DNA of 63,345 nucleotides, the filler included. It is 8 parts of 8 records of this genome, joined end to end, with 100 filler letters (N's around TTAATTAATTAA, not from the genome) between each part and the next. Parts side by side here need not be neighbours in the genome. Positions count along the whole stretch, not along the records: positions 25,924 to 41,884 come from SRR31147125_22294; 7 more parts are not named here. One strand, 5' to 3'. Positions 28,117-38,738 of this stretch are shown piece by piece; the first letter of the stretch is position 1; each line of letters begins with the position of its first letter. The notes under the pieces were generated by a model. That model was given only the letters and a program-made list of their open reading frames with translations, was not told the DNA's origin and made no database searches. The position numbers and the translations under genes are program-made.

Positions 28117-31100
28117 CTATTCAGCAAAAACAACACCAATATTTTTAAGTATTGTTATTTCATCAAAAGATGTTTGATTGTTGATTTTTTTTACACTGAT
28201 TGTGTCTTTATCAATTACACTTTCTACTTTTCTAAGTGTATTGTTTCGAGTATTGTTTATTATATAATCGCCCTGCTCTAAACCATGGTCTTTCATTGCT
28301 ATTATAGTTTCATCTGTGCCTAAAAAAGCACTTTCCTGTCCTAAATTATTCAACTTCATTATAACGTCACCCTTTTGTTGACTAGATATAGACCGTGTTA
28401 ACTGAACAATATTTGCGTTAATACTAGTAACTTCACTCAAAGAAAACCCTTTTGTAATATTTACTATATAATCATTTGTACTTAGTAAATGAATCGGTAT
28501 ATTTAGGGTATCCTCATCCGTTTTAAGATCATTAAAATCAGGTGTATTTGCTAAATCTACCTTTGTGTTAAAAGGTAAAACTGGCATATCGTACGCATTA
28601 AACAAAACAACATCCATGTAGTTATACCAAGCATATCTAATTCCATCAGGCTTGCTTACAGATTCACTCTTAACGTGTATTTTTCCGTCCTCGCCCAAGT
28701 AGGCATTCGCTTCTTCCCATACCTTTGATAAACTATCAAAAATATCAAAGTTATAAGCTTGATCGCCTTCTTTTAACAGTATATCTTCTTGATCAAATGT
28801 TAAAACATATTCGTCGCCCACAAGCTTAGCATCTTCTAATTCTGGACTTTTTCTGTTATATTCTTGTCCAAATAAATCATCAGAAATCAAATAAGCCAAT
28901 CTATGCCCTATAGGCTTCTTTTTAGTAGGATGAATATTATAGTGGTCATCTTCATCCCCTAAATCTATTGCCGATGCAAGGCTAACGTTATCCATCGTGT
29001 TTGCGGTTCTCATTTGTATTTCACGTATAGTTGGCCACGTATTAAAGACATCCGAATAATTATCGCCATATCCTTCTAGCTGAATTAAATAGAATGGAAG
29101 ATTTTCATCGCCAAAGATTTGCCTATAATCAGTAATAAGTTGTCTTAAATATGGCTCGTACGAATATCTTAGCTGAATACTATTTTCACCTTGATAATAT
29201 AAAACTGCTCTTGCAGAATACGGGAATATTTCTTTCATGTATCCAGTGTAGTACGAGTTATATATTGGCGAATTATTATATTGTTTAAGCCCATTTGGAG
29301 GCATTAAAACCTCAATCGTGCTTCCTCCATATGAGATTGGAATAATACCCACCTTTACGCCATTCAACTCTTTTTTATTCAGTTCATACAGCATATCAAC
29401 AGTAAACAATCCTACGCCAGAGTTCTCCTCAGAAATATATCTATTTCCATATGTCTTTTGCCAGTTTCCAGATACATCAATATCTCTATAACTCAATATT
29501 TTTTCGTGTCCAAAGCAGTGAAGCAGATCCTTATTCGTAAACTTATTAGCTGTATCCTCATAATCATCAGACTTAATAAGCTGCCACCCCATATTTGATT
29601 GACCAGCTAAAACAAACACTTCACCAACGTAAATCATCTTACGTTCAATGCTAGTTGCGCTATCACTCACTTTTAAAGTATAAGGCCCTCCTGCTTCTTC
29701 TTCATCTAGCATAACATGCCATTTTCCATCAATAACTTTTGCCGTTTTATTCTGTCCATTAAACTCTACAGTTACAGAATCATTTTCAATGCCATATCCC
29801 CAAATATGTATTGGCTTTTCCCTCTGGAAAATTGAATTATCATCAAAGATATATGGCAGTTCCAACGGACCATTATTATTTTTCAAGATATTATTTGATA
29901 TAACACATATTGCATTTATCGTTTCATTTATTGATAAATCACTATCTCCATTAAACGCCATATTCTCATCCAATTTCAAGTAATAATTTTGGACGCAATA
30001 ATCGATGTATTGGTTATATTCCTCGGTTACACTATCCGAAATAAGTTTTGTATATCCATCTACAGGTTTAAGTTTCTTCGATACATTATATAATAGCTTA
30101 GAAGCTTCATTTCGCGTTATATACTCCGAATCCTTGTCGAACGAATCATCAATAATGTTAAGCTCTAAAGCTTTATCAAACACAGCTTTATCCAAAGGTT
30201 CGCTTTCAAATCTGAAACCCTTATAATTTACTAAAACCTTTAATAAATCTAACCTACTAATTGATTTTTCAGATTTATACGCATAATACGCTTGCTTTGG
30301 CAAAACACCTCGTCTTATCAAAAAATCAACAGTATTCATGATTCCATTTTCATCACTAAATATTGCCAAGCTAGGATAATGGTTATTTTTATCGTATACT
30401 TCGCCAAAATAATCAGCATAATTTTCTGTATTCTTTTTAAAATTGTCCATAGAATAAATAGCAATATCATCAACATTAATATGAGCAGGATACCCCCACT
30501 CATCATCAGTAGTTCTTGCATTACAAATGAAAGCAGGACCATAATAGCTATCTTCAATCTTATATTCACTACTATCCACATAGCTAATAAGCGGTTCAAA
30601 TAAATCAAAATCCACATTAGGTCCATCAATATAAAACTCTATTTCAACATTACCATCGTCATTATTCTCGATAGACAATCTACATTTATAATCTACATTT
30701 TCTTCTAACAATAGATGTCGTGTAACAATGGGTTCGTATCCAGTTGGTGCATTTGTGTTTATTAAACTCCAATTACACTTAAACAGATTAGATGTTATTC
30801 CTTCAACATACACTGTTTCTATATAATAGTTAATTGCATAATACTTATCTAATTTTTTATCGGTACTTCTTGGCACTATACTTGCTATCGTTCTTTTATT
30901 ATTACCCTCATTGCCTATGCTGTTTACTTTAAGTGTAAATTCCATTCCATAATCATTATTTTGGTCTAATATATCTTTATTGGAATAAATTCTATGTGCT
31001 CCTAATAGCATTTGAGTACCACTTATTTGTAAATAACCGTCTTCCGTTATTTCACAGTCAAATCCCGTATCATAATCATATTTAAGCTTTACTTTACTAT

Positions 31101-31863
31101 TCGAATCGTAAATATTACCATTGTTGCTAGTTTTGTATCCATCAAAATCAATCACTTCAATAGGCGTGGTTTCGTTTCCATATACATCAAAATCAAGATA
31201 CTCAAAATCAAGCTCACTCTGACCATCAAAAACTATGCTTCCTAGTGGCTTTCCTTTACCAGAATCTGCGTTAAGCCATAGTGCACTATATGCAATTTTA
31301 TAAGCATCGGAAAAAGTAAATGTATTCACAGAGAGATAATTTGAATATTGGCTTGAAAGTAACCCAATCGACTCTGCCTTTTCAAATACATTGTCATAAG
31401 CATCTATATTATAGCCCAATGTGTTCACAACAAATATTATAAATGTTACGCTATCGCAAGGTTGATTGCTGCCCAAAAGATTATTGCTTGCCCCAAATAT
31501 AATATTATTTTGATACAAATATCCAACTTTATGGGTATAATCTTCTTCGACATCGACAAAAGGTATTGCAGATACATCCATGCTTTTATCATAACCAGTA
31601 AGAGGCAAAATAATATCGACCGCATCTATTACAGTAGGTACATCGTTTATATCTGCATCTACATCCAAAAACAAACCTAAATCGTTCAACTTTTCGTTGT
31701 AACTATCAGCATTTAAATCTTCAGAATCATTTAACGACGATTTATCCAACTTATCTATATCAGAACTTTCAGCATCACTAACTTCACCATTTTGTACATT
31801 GTCACAACTACAAAACGGCAAAAGCATCATTAATATTACTAAAATTACAACCAATTTTCGCAT
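28117..31863 (-). CDS. Large lipoprotein with SLH-like segments and an SGNH sialate O-acetylesterase domain
   Basis: Lipobox-like PFCSC; IFQREKPIHIWG, GEVFVLAGQSNM, YYQGEN, NIHP, IRYAW. Confidence 0.8.
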   Translation of the reverse strand: MRKLVVILVILMMLLPFCSCDNVQNGEVSDAESSDIDKLDKSSLNDSEDLNADSYNEKLNDLGLFLDVDADINDVPTVIDAVDIILPLTGYDKSMDVSAIPFVDVEEDYTHKVGYLYQNNIIFGASNNLLGSNQPCDSVTFIIFVVNTLGYNIDAYDNVFEKAESIGLLSSQYSNYLSVNTFTFSDAYKIAYSALWLNADSGKGKPLGSIVFDGQSELDFEYLDFDVYGNETTPIEVIDFDGYKTSNNGNIYDSNSKVKLKYDYDTGFDCEITEDGYLQISGTQMLLGAHRIYSNKDILDQNNDYGMEFTLKVNSIGNEGNNKRTIASIVPRSTDKKLDKYYAINYYIETVYVEGITSNLFKCNWSLINTNAPTGYEPIVTRHLLLEENVDYKCRLSIENNDDGNVEIEFYIDGPNVDFDLFEPLISYVDSSEYKIEDSYYGPAFICNARTTDDEWGYPAHINVDDIAIYSMDNFKKNTENYADYFGEVYDKNNHYPSLAIFSDENGIMNTVDFLIRRGVLPKQAYYAYKSEKSISRLDLLKVLVNYKGFRFESEPLDKAVFDKALELNIIDDSFDKDSEYITRNEASKLLYNVSKKLKPVDGYTKLISDSVTEEYNQYIDYCVQNYYLKLDENMAFNGDSDLSINETINAICVISNNILKNNNGPLELPYIFDDNSIFQREKPIHIWGYGIENDSVTVEFNGQNKTAKVIDGKWHVMLDEEEAGGPYTLKVSDSATSIERKMIYVGEVFVLAGQSNMGWQLIKSDDYEDTANKFTNKDLLHCFGHEKILSYRDIDVSGNWQKTYGNRYISEENSGVGLFTVDMLYELNKKELNGVKVGIIPISYGGSTIEVLMPPNGLKQYNNSPIYNSYYTGYMKEIFPYSARAVLYYQGENSIQLRYSYEPYLRQLITDYRQIFGDENLPFYLIQLEGYGDNYSDVFNTWPTIREIQMRTANTMDNVSLASAIDLGDEDDHYNIHPTKKKPIGHRLAYLISDDLFGQEYNRKSPELEDAKLVGDEYVLTFDQEDILLKEGDQAYNFDIFDSLSKVWEEANAYLGEDGKIHVKSESVSKPDGIRYAWYNYMDVVLFNAYDMPVLPFNTKVDLANTPDFNDLKTDEDTLNIPIHLLSTNDYIVNITKGFSLSEVTSINANIVQLTRSISSQQKGDVIMKLNNLGQESAFLGTDETIIAMKDHGLEQGDYIINNTRNNTLRKVESVIDKDTISVKKINNQTSFDEITILKNIGVVFAE

Positions 31864-31919
31864 AGTGTATTATAATCTTACCCTTCAAATGAATCAAAAA
31901 AATGTTTTGTTTTATTATC

Positions 31920-33029
31920 CTAATTAAGGCTTTTCGATACAACATCCGCTATCTTCTCTGATGCTGTTCCATCTCCATATGGGTTCTTTGCAACACTCAT
32001 AGCGTTATACGCCTCTTCATCTATAAGCAGCCTCTTACATTCTTTGTACACATCTTGTTCTTCTGTGCCTACTACCTTTAAAGACCCAGCCTCAACGCCC
32101 TCTGGTCTTTCGGTCGTATTCCTTAAAACTAAAACAGGCTTACCTAGCGATGGTGCTTCTTCCTGAATACCGCCACTATCCGTCATAATGAAATACGCTC
32201 TATTTATCAAGTTATGAAAATCAAAAACGTCCATTGGTTTTATTATTTTCACACTTTTGTTCTCTTTCAATGTTTCTCTTGCCAATTTTTGCACAGTCGG
32301 ATTAGGGTGCGCAGGAAATATTATCTCGGCATCTGGAAACTCTTTAGTAATCCTATTTACAGCTTTAAAAATATTTAAAAGTGGTTGTCCCAAGCTTTCT
32401 CTTCTATGACATGTAAGAACAATTACCTTTTTGCTCTCATCAATCGAGTCTAGAACTTCCAATTTATAATCATCTTTTATTGTTATTTTTAAAGCATCAA
32501 TCGATGTATTTCCAGTAACATAAATACTGCTTTCACTTATACCTTCATCAAGCAAATTCTGCTTTGCTTTTATAGTAGGTGCAAAATTATATTTAGAAAC
32601 TATCGATATTGCATGTCTGTTATATTCTTCGGGAAAAGGCGAATATATATTTTTTGTTCTAAGTCCAGCTTCAACATGACCTACATCAATTTGAAGATAA
32701 TAACACGCAAGAGATGTAGCAAAAGAAGTATTTGTATCCCCATGAACCAATACTAAACCTGGTCTTTCGGTTTCTAATATGTTCTTCATCCCATTTAAAA
32801 CTTTTGTGTTCACATCAAAAAGTGTTTGTCCTGCCTGCATTATTCTTAGGTCGTATTTCGGCGTAACACCAAAAAAATCCAGCACATGATAAACCATCTC
32901 AATATGTTGCCCTGTAACGCATACAATAGTTTCTATATCTTTTCTTTTACCTAATTCTATGCATAAAGGACACATTTTAATAGCTTCAGGTCTCGTGCCA
33001 AAGACAACCATGACCTTTTTCTTCTCCAT
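31920..33029 (-). CDS. wecB: UDP-N-acetylglucosamine 2-epimerase, non-hydrolysing
   Basis: FGTRPEAIKM, HGDT, HVEAGLRT, TDSGGIQEEAP, NPYGDG. Confidence 0.97.
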   Translation of the reverse strand: MEKKKVMVVFGTRPEAIKMCPLCIELGKRKDIETIVCVTGQHIEMVYHVLDFFGVTPKYDLRIMQAGQTLFDVNTKVLNGMKNILETERPGLVLVHGDTNTSFATSLACYYLQIDVGHVEAGLRTKNIYSPFPEEYNRHAISIVSKYNFAPTIKAKQNLLDEGISESSIYVTGNTSIDALKITIKDDYKLEVLDSIDESKKVIVLTCHRRESLGQPLLNIFKAVNRITKEFPDAEIIFPAHPNPTVQKLARETLKENKSVKIIKPMDVFDFHNLINRAYFIMTDSGGIQEEAPSLGKPVLVLRNTTERPEGVEAGSLKVVGTEEQDVYKECKRLLIDEEAYNAMSVAKNPYGDGTASEKIADVVSKSLN

Positions 33030-33080
33030 TTTATCCCCCCATAGTATAAAAATGAATTCTGATCCCTTTATTTATTTTAT

Positions 33081-33935
33081 TTATAAGACATCATATTGTA
33101 TTTCGCTTTTTGCTTTTTCCAACAGTTGAAGTGGTGTAGTAATATCATGATCCATTTTCGCTATACCAACTCTAACATCCAAACTTAAGTCAGAATCTTC
33201 AAGTGCTGCCATCAAATTATCTTGATTAGTGACGGATTTTTTAACTCGATTGATTATTATCTCTTTTGCTTCAAACTGAGTTAAAAGTAAGATACCAAAT
33301 AAAAAGTCGTCTTTATCTAAAATATAAACTTCATCTTCATTTCTCATTATACCGTCAATAGTTTTAACCATTCTCATAATCCGCTCATGCATATTGCTTT
33401 TGCCCATTAATCGTTCAATATCATTTTTATATCTAGGTTCAAAAACCAACAAAACAACTTCAGAATTATATCTTGCTGCAATATGGCTATATACTTTTGC
33501 ATCGTAATTATATGCTTTTAGGTTTTTAATTGTATAGTCTTCATCAAATATTGTTAACTCTTCCAAGGATCCTTCAAGGCCTTCGACCTCTCTTTGGAGG
33601 TTTAGAGTGAATCTTGTAACAAGAGCAACGCAAATACAAAGCAAAGGACAAATAATCATCCAAAAATAATTATAGCTTTGTATCTCAATCCCTCTATTTA
33701 GACTTCGATACAATATAAAAGTTGTATACGCAAATATAATTACAAAATTAATAACCAAAGAGAAAGTTATATTGGTAAAGTAAGTAATTATCATCATTGT
33801 AAATATTACTGCTAAAATTATTAAATTTTGTGATTCATCAATAGGTACGTTTACTACAAATACAAAGCTAATAAAAAGCAGCATTAATAATATACAAAAA
33901 CTGATATCAGCTAATAAACTATTTCTTCGATTCAT
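33081..33935 (-). CDS. Membrane protein with degenerate GGDEF domain, probable c-di-GMP receptor (PssE-like)
   Basis: N-terminal TMs; RxxD I-site (RNED) upstream of DKDDF, which replaces GGDEF. Confidence 0.7.
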   Translation of the reverse strand: MNRRNSLLADISFCILLMLLFISFVFVVNVPIDESQNLIILAVIFTMMIITYFTNITFSLVINFVIIFAYTTFILYRSLNRGIEIQSYNYFWMIICPLLCICVALVTRFTLNLQREVEGLEGSLEELTIFDEDYTIKNLKAYNYDAKVYSHIAARYNSEVVLLVFEPRYKNDIERLMGKSNMHERIMRMVKTIDGIMRNEDEVYILDKDDFLFGILLLTQFEAKEIIINRVKKSVTNQDNLMAALEDSDLSLDVRVGIAKMDHDITTPLQLLEKAKSEIQYDVL

Positions 33936-36189
33936 AACTATGTTTTCCTCTCTTATTGTATTTTATCAATAAGAATACCATAATTGTTGTAATCAATATT
34001 AATAATAACATTAACAACAATACAAGTATTGTTACGTCCGTTCTTTCTTTTGCTCTATTAATAATAGAAGGTTCTTTATAGTTGTCTTCTTTAAAGCTAA
34101 ATGCATATACAGAATCATCATCGCATACCAAACCATCACCAAATATACCTAACAGCCCTTGCTGTTTTGATATATATTTAGCTGCATTATCAAGGCCCTT
34201 GTACGAAACACCAGAGAAAACTAGCAAGCCTTTTTTAGTTTCACTATAAGGTGAATCCAAAATTTGAACTGTGCCCAATGCTTTCTGGTTAACTGCCCCA
34301 AGGTTGATCTTTGCGTTTGATACAATATTGTTACCGTCTTCATAAAACTTAAAGAATAGATTATCATTGATATTTCTTATAGCTTTATTATCATTATATA
34401 TTCCATACAATATTATGTTCTTGTCTTTTAATGACTCATCATTAGCCTTTGATTCTCTTACAACTGAAAGCGTTCCTCTGTTGCTATTAACGCTTGCACC
34501 CAAATAATTCATCAACCCACCCAAATGTTCAAGCTGAATTTTATTATTATCATCAGAAACTACTATAGCTAAGTCGTTAAACATCCCTTCGCTAATAAAA
34601 GGCGTTGGGTAATACTCAAATAGGAAATCCGCAATATCCGTATAGGCTAAACTCATATAACTAGAATCTAGTATATAGGCCCAAGGTGTATCTGGTTGCC
34701 TTAGTGTACACCATAAATCCTCAACTTCTAAATCAAAAGCTACAGTAAGCTCAATAGGACCTGTCACATTTAAATCGGCAGGTATTGGAGCAATAAGTCT
34801 ATCACCGCTCGATTTAACTGATGATAATTTCTTGCTCGCTATTGGAACATCATCAACATAAACCGTTACTAGCGAACGCTCAAAATCAAGATTGTCAGAA
34901 TACCTTATATGCAAGTCTACTTCAGACCCAACTGTCAGCATCCTATTTACAGGACTATATGGATAAAATGTAGCTGTTTGCCTAAAAGGTCCGTCTATAT
35001 AACTGCCATTAGGAGCAAAATATATAATTTCTTCTGCAACAACATCAGATGTATCAATGTTAGTATTTTCACCAATTGTAATATTTGTGGCCACTACTTG
35101 ATCCATAAGCATACCGTTCATAACAGCTTTCGATGCTTTTTCTAATCCAGCATCATCAATAGCAGTTACAACCAAATGATTTGTTTGTCCTTTTAAAAAC
35201 AAAACAGCACCTTCGCCTTTTTCCAAACCATTCAAGCCTTCAGTAATATCACTCTTAATATATTCAGGCAATTTATCTGCCTTAGCTACATAAATAACAT
35301 TTTCATATTCTTCATATTCTTTTTCATCCATATGAGCTGAAATATCTATGCTTTCGCCATATTTTACAGCATTAGAGCTAACGCCAGCCATAATATTCAA
35401 TGCACTAGCAAGCTCAGCTTCTTTATAATTAGGATTAAGAACAATTTTACTTAAATCATGATAAAGTGAATGAACTGAAATAAAATCATTATAAAAACCA
35501 CTTATGTTTTCGCTTTCAGTAATATTTCTATAATTCAGAATAACTGATGATTCTTTAAAAATATTAATCCAGTTTGCAGCAGTAACATCATCTACACAAG
35601 GAAGTCCATCTTCAGTCCTTATATACGATTCAATAGTGATAGTATTTACCCCTTCAACTATATATTCTTTTGGGATAGAGACTTTTACTTCTCTTCTCGT
35701 TCCATCAGTCACTGGAGTTTTTTCCGTATAAAATCTTGTTGAATTAATAGCAATCGTTATATCCGACAGATTTTCTTGAACTAGTTGCGTTGTTGATAAA
35801 ACAATATTTAAATTTGCATCAACAATATCCCAGTCTTGAACGTAAAAGTACTCAACAGTCGTTGACATCAATCCCCTCAAGTAATAATCAGTGCTGAATG
35901 TTTGTTCCATAGTATATACATCAGGACCATATACAACCGGCTCTTTTTCTACTGGTTCTTCATCCAAGATTAAATCAGATGATTCCGATTCCTCAGTTTC
36001 CTCGTTTTCCTTTTGTTCCTCTTGCTGTACGGTATCAGCAGTTTCACTGTCGTCTTGATCTACAGCATAAACACTTTTAAAACAGAAAAATATGCACAAA
36101 AACAGCAATAATGCTATCGCTGTTTGCTTATTAATTTTGCCTGCTTTTCCCACTCTCAATTTAGTTTTCATATCCATTCCCCTACCCAT
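33919..36189 (-). CDS. BcsB-like co-polymerase subunit (PssD-like)
   Basis: Signal peptide, large extracellular domain (YSDNLDFERSLVTVYVDDVPI), C-terminal TM; follows the GT2 gene. Confidence 0.75.
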   Translation of the reverse strand: MGRGMDMKTKLRVGKAGKINKQTAIALLLFLCIFFCFKSVYAVDQDDSETADTVQQEEQKENEETEESESSDLILDEEPVEKEPVVYGPDVYTMEQTFSTDYYLRGLMSTTVEYFYVQDWDIVDANLNIVLSTTQLVQENLSDITIAINSTRFYTEKTPVTDGTRREVKVSIPKEYIVEGVNTITIESYIRTEDGLPCVDDVTAANWINIFKESSVILNYRNITESENISGFYNDFISVHSLYHDLSKIVLNPNYKEAELASALNIMAGVSSNAVKYGESIDISAHMDEKEYEEYENVIYVAKADKLPEYIKSDITEGLNGLEKGEGAVLFLKGQTNHLVVTAIDDAGLEKASKAVMNGMLMDQVVATNITIGENTNIDTSDVVAEEIIYFAPNGSYIDGPFRQTATFYPYSPVNRMLTVGSEVDLHIRYSDNLDFERSLVTVYVDDVPIASKKLSSVKSSGDRLIAPIPADLNVTGPIELTVAFDLEVEDLWCTLRQPDTPWAYILDSSYMSLAYTDIADFLFEYYPTPFISEGMFNDLAIVVSDDNNKIQLEHLGGLMNYLGASVNSNRGTLSVVRESKANDESLKDKNIILYGIYNDNKAIRNINDNLFFKFYEDGNNIVSNAKINLGAVNQKALGTVQILDSPYSETKKGLLVFSGVSYKGLDNAAKYISKQQGLLGIFGDGLVCDDDSVYAFSFKEDNYKEPSIINRAKERTDVTILVLLLMLLLILITTIMVFLLIKYNKRGKHSYESKK

Positions 36190-36191
36190 AA

Positions 36192-37448
36192 TCAGTCAGT
36201 GTACCTTTGGGTCTTGTACCACTTTGCTTCCCTCTTAAAAATTACATCTTCAATATATTTTATTAATCCCCATATAGCAACCACCATCCACATTTTACAA
36301 TAAGTAAAATACATAAGCACGGCTATACACAAATTCTTAAACGACATCTCACCTTTTTCTGTTGTCAAAGCAACAAACAAAGATATAACAAACAATACAA
36401 AAGCCATAAACCACAGAAGCAATGTTAATCCTTCTAGCGAAATATGGACATATCCAAGCAGATTAAGTATCAGTAATGTATCTGATATAACAAGCGAGCA
36501 TAAAAGTAAAAAGTATATTGACATAAAGTACAATATATCAAACCTTATTCTTTTAGCCTTTGCAGAAAAAAGCAATTTAAAATTCTTCATTAAAACATAA
36601 ACATTACCCTTTACCCACCTTGTTCTTTGCTTAAACCAAACACCTAATGTTTGTGGTTCTTGCTCCCATGTAACTGCTTGAGGCAAAAACTTTATTCTAT
36701 ATCCATCTTGATATATTCTAAAACTAATCTCAGTATCTTCGGCAATAGCTTTAGGATCCCATCCTCCAATACTATCAATTATCGTTTTCCTTATTACAAA
36801 GTTTGTACCAGGAATAGTACAAAGCTTAAAAAGTTGCCATCTGCCAGCTTGCGCCATCCATTGAAACGCAAGTGTTTCTATATTTATAAATTTAGTTAAA
36901 AGATTAACGTCTTTATTTCTGCATCTAAACTTACCAATAACCGCACCAAATTCATCATTATTATGTATTTCAGTTACAAGCAGCTTTAATGCTTGTCTTT
37001 CTGGAGTGTTATCAGCATCATAAACAACTATGTATTCTCCTTTAGATTGCTCATACCCAATATTAAGTGCATTAGACTTTCCTTTTCCACCAATAACATT
37101 GTCAGTATTTATGATTTTAAAATTCATATTTGGGTGTTGCTTTTTAACTTTTTCTAAAAGATCCGCACTATTGTCTGATGAATTATCGTTAATAACAATT
37201 ATTTCATACTTATCATTTGGATAATCAAACTTAAGCATGGATTCAACCGTTTTAACTATAACTACACCCTCATTATGAGCAGGTATTAAAATAGATACAA
37301 AAGGGTATTCTTCTAACTCTTTTTGATTTATACCTTTACGTTCAGATTTTATATAATAAATATATCCTGCAATAAGCAGAATCATATTTACAAACATAAT
37401 TACCCAAATACATGTAATTGCAACAAGCTCTAGAATATTAACAAACAA
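36192..37448 (-). CDS. Processive GT2 glycosyltransferase (PssC-like)
   Basis: PAHNE, KSNALN, YDAD, AEDT, QRTRW (QxxRW). Confidence 0.92.
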   Translation of the reverse strand: MFVNILELVAITCIWVIMFVNMILLIAGYIYYIKSERKGINQKELEEYPFVSILIPAHNEGVVIVKTVESMLKFDYPNDKYEIIVINDNSSDNSADLLEKVKKQHPNMNFKIINTDNVIGGKGKSNALNIGYEQSKGEYIVVYDADNTPERQALKLLVTEIHNNDEFGAVIGKFRCRNKDVNLLTKFINIETLAFQWMAQAGRWQLFKLCTIPGTNFVIRKTIIDSIGGWDPKAIAEDTEISFRIYQDGYRIKFLPQAVTWEQEPQTLGVWFKQRTRWVKGNVYVLMKNFKLLFSAKAKRIRFDILYFMSIYFLLLCSLVISDTLLILNLLGYVHISLEGLTLLLWFMAFVLFVISLFVALTTEKGEMSFKNLCIAVLMYFTYCKMWMVVAIWGLIKYIEDVIFKREAKWYKTQRYTD

Positions 37449-37451
37449 TTG

Positions 37452-38738
37452 TTATTTCCTCTTCATATATTTTTTCTTGTTATATCGAATACCAACACCA
37501 ATAAGCAATATTGCAATTAATAACCCAGCCGAAATAACTACTGTTAAAAACGTCCTGCCTTTTTCAAAAAAAGAAACAAATGTAGTATCAATCTCTTGCT
37601 CTTCTTTATAGATAAATTCACTATTAATTTCAATATTTTTCGGGGTTACTATATCGTTCGAATAGCTTCTTCTATAATCTCCAAAAACAATGCCACAACT
37701 CTTAGCCGATAAAGATATTTCTTCACATCTTTTTACATCATCGTTAATAGAGTAATTAAGCACCGTCCTTAGTGGTAATTTACTATCAATCTCACCAAAT
37801 TCAACACTATTGAAAAAATCAAATTTAATTTGGTATATATCAGTATACAATTCCGAAAATATTATACTATGTTTTGATAATAATTGCAAATTTTCTCTAT
37901 ATTTTTCCGCCTTTAAATTGCCTGATAATGGCGGATTTACAACAATGCTCACATTTTTACTCTGACTATAACTGATCAGTTCAATAAACCTTTCATAAGT
38001 TGGATAATCGGTATTATCCATCTGAGGCATAATTGAAAAAATCAAAGGTATTCCCTTATCAAAAAAAGTATCCGTTATAGTTTTTAAGCTTTCCAAATCA
38101 GAAAAACCATAGATATCACTATACTGAATATAAGTGCTGTAACTATTACTGTCTAAAAAATACTGTTTAAGCATTGCACTAACAGCTAAAATACTTATAT
38201 TCTGCTCATCCACATATGGCGTAAATGCATAAGTTTCTGTTATAATTCCAAGAGGATAGATAACATCATCAAAAACCACCTGTCCAAATGACTGGTAGTT
38301 TTTATTGTGTATTTTAGCAATAACATTCATATAACTTTTTTTGCCCAAAGATTGGCTTAATCCATCAAACTCAATCTCACCGTTATAAATTTTTTCATCT
38401 TCAATCACCAAACCTGGAACCTTCACAAAATCATCACCAATCAAAAATGGTTTTGTTTTGCTCTCTAAAGCATCAATAAAAGGCTCAGAAACTGTCATGA
38501 TTACATATTCATAATCATTAAGCATTGCTTTGTTGTAATCTTCCACATAAACAAAATCAGCCACCTTATCCATCGCCGACAAAACTTCATTATAGGTCTG
38601 TTTCTCATTTTGGCTTTGGTATACAAACAAAACATCATTGTCCTGTGCAAATACAGGCAGACAAGCAATTAAAATAAATATAAATAGTGTTAAGTTTATT
38701 ATCTTTTTAGTCATACGTATATCCTTCACTGTAAGCAA
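37452..38738 (-). CDS. DUF2334 / polysaccharide-deacetylase-like protein (PssB-like), possibly degenerate
   Basis: Signal peptide, C-terminal TM, GIPLIFSIMP segment; position between GH8 and GT2. Confidence 0.5.
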   Translation of the reverse strand: MLTVKDIRMTKKIINLTLFIFILIACLPVFAQDNDVLFVYQSQNEKQTYNEVLSAMDKVADFVYVEDYNKAMLNDYEYVIMTVSEPFIDALESKTKPFLIGDDFVKVPGLVIEDEKIYNGEIEFDGLSQSLGKKSYMNVIAKIHNKNYQSFGQVVFDDVIYPLGIITETYAFTPYVDEQNISILAVSAMLKQYFLDSNSYSTYIQYSDIYGFSDLESLKTITDTFFDKGIPLIFSIMPQMDNTDYPTYERFIELISYSQSKNVSIVVNPPLSGNLKAEKYRENLQLLSKHSIIFSELYTDIYQIKFDFFNSVEFGEIDSKLPLRTVLNYSINDDVKRCEEISLSAKSCGIVFGDYRRSYSNDIVTPKNIEINSEFIYKEEQEIDTTFVSFFEKGRTFLTVVISAGLLIAILLIGVGIRYNKKKYMKRK

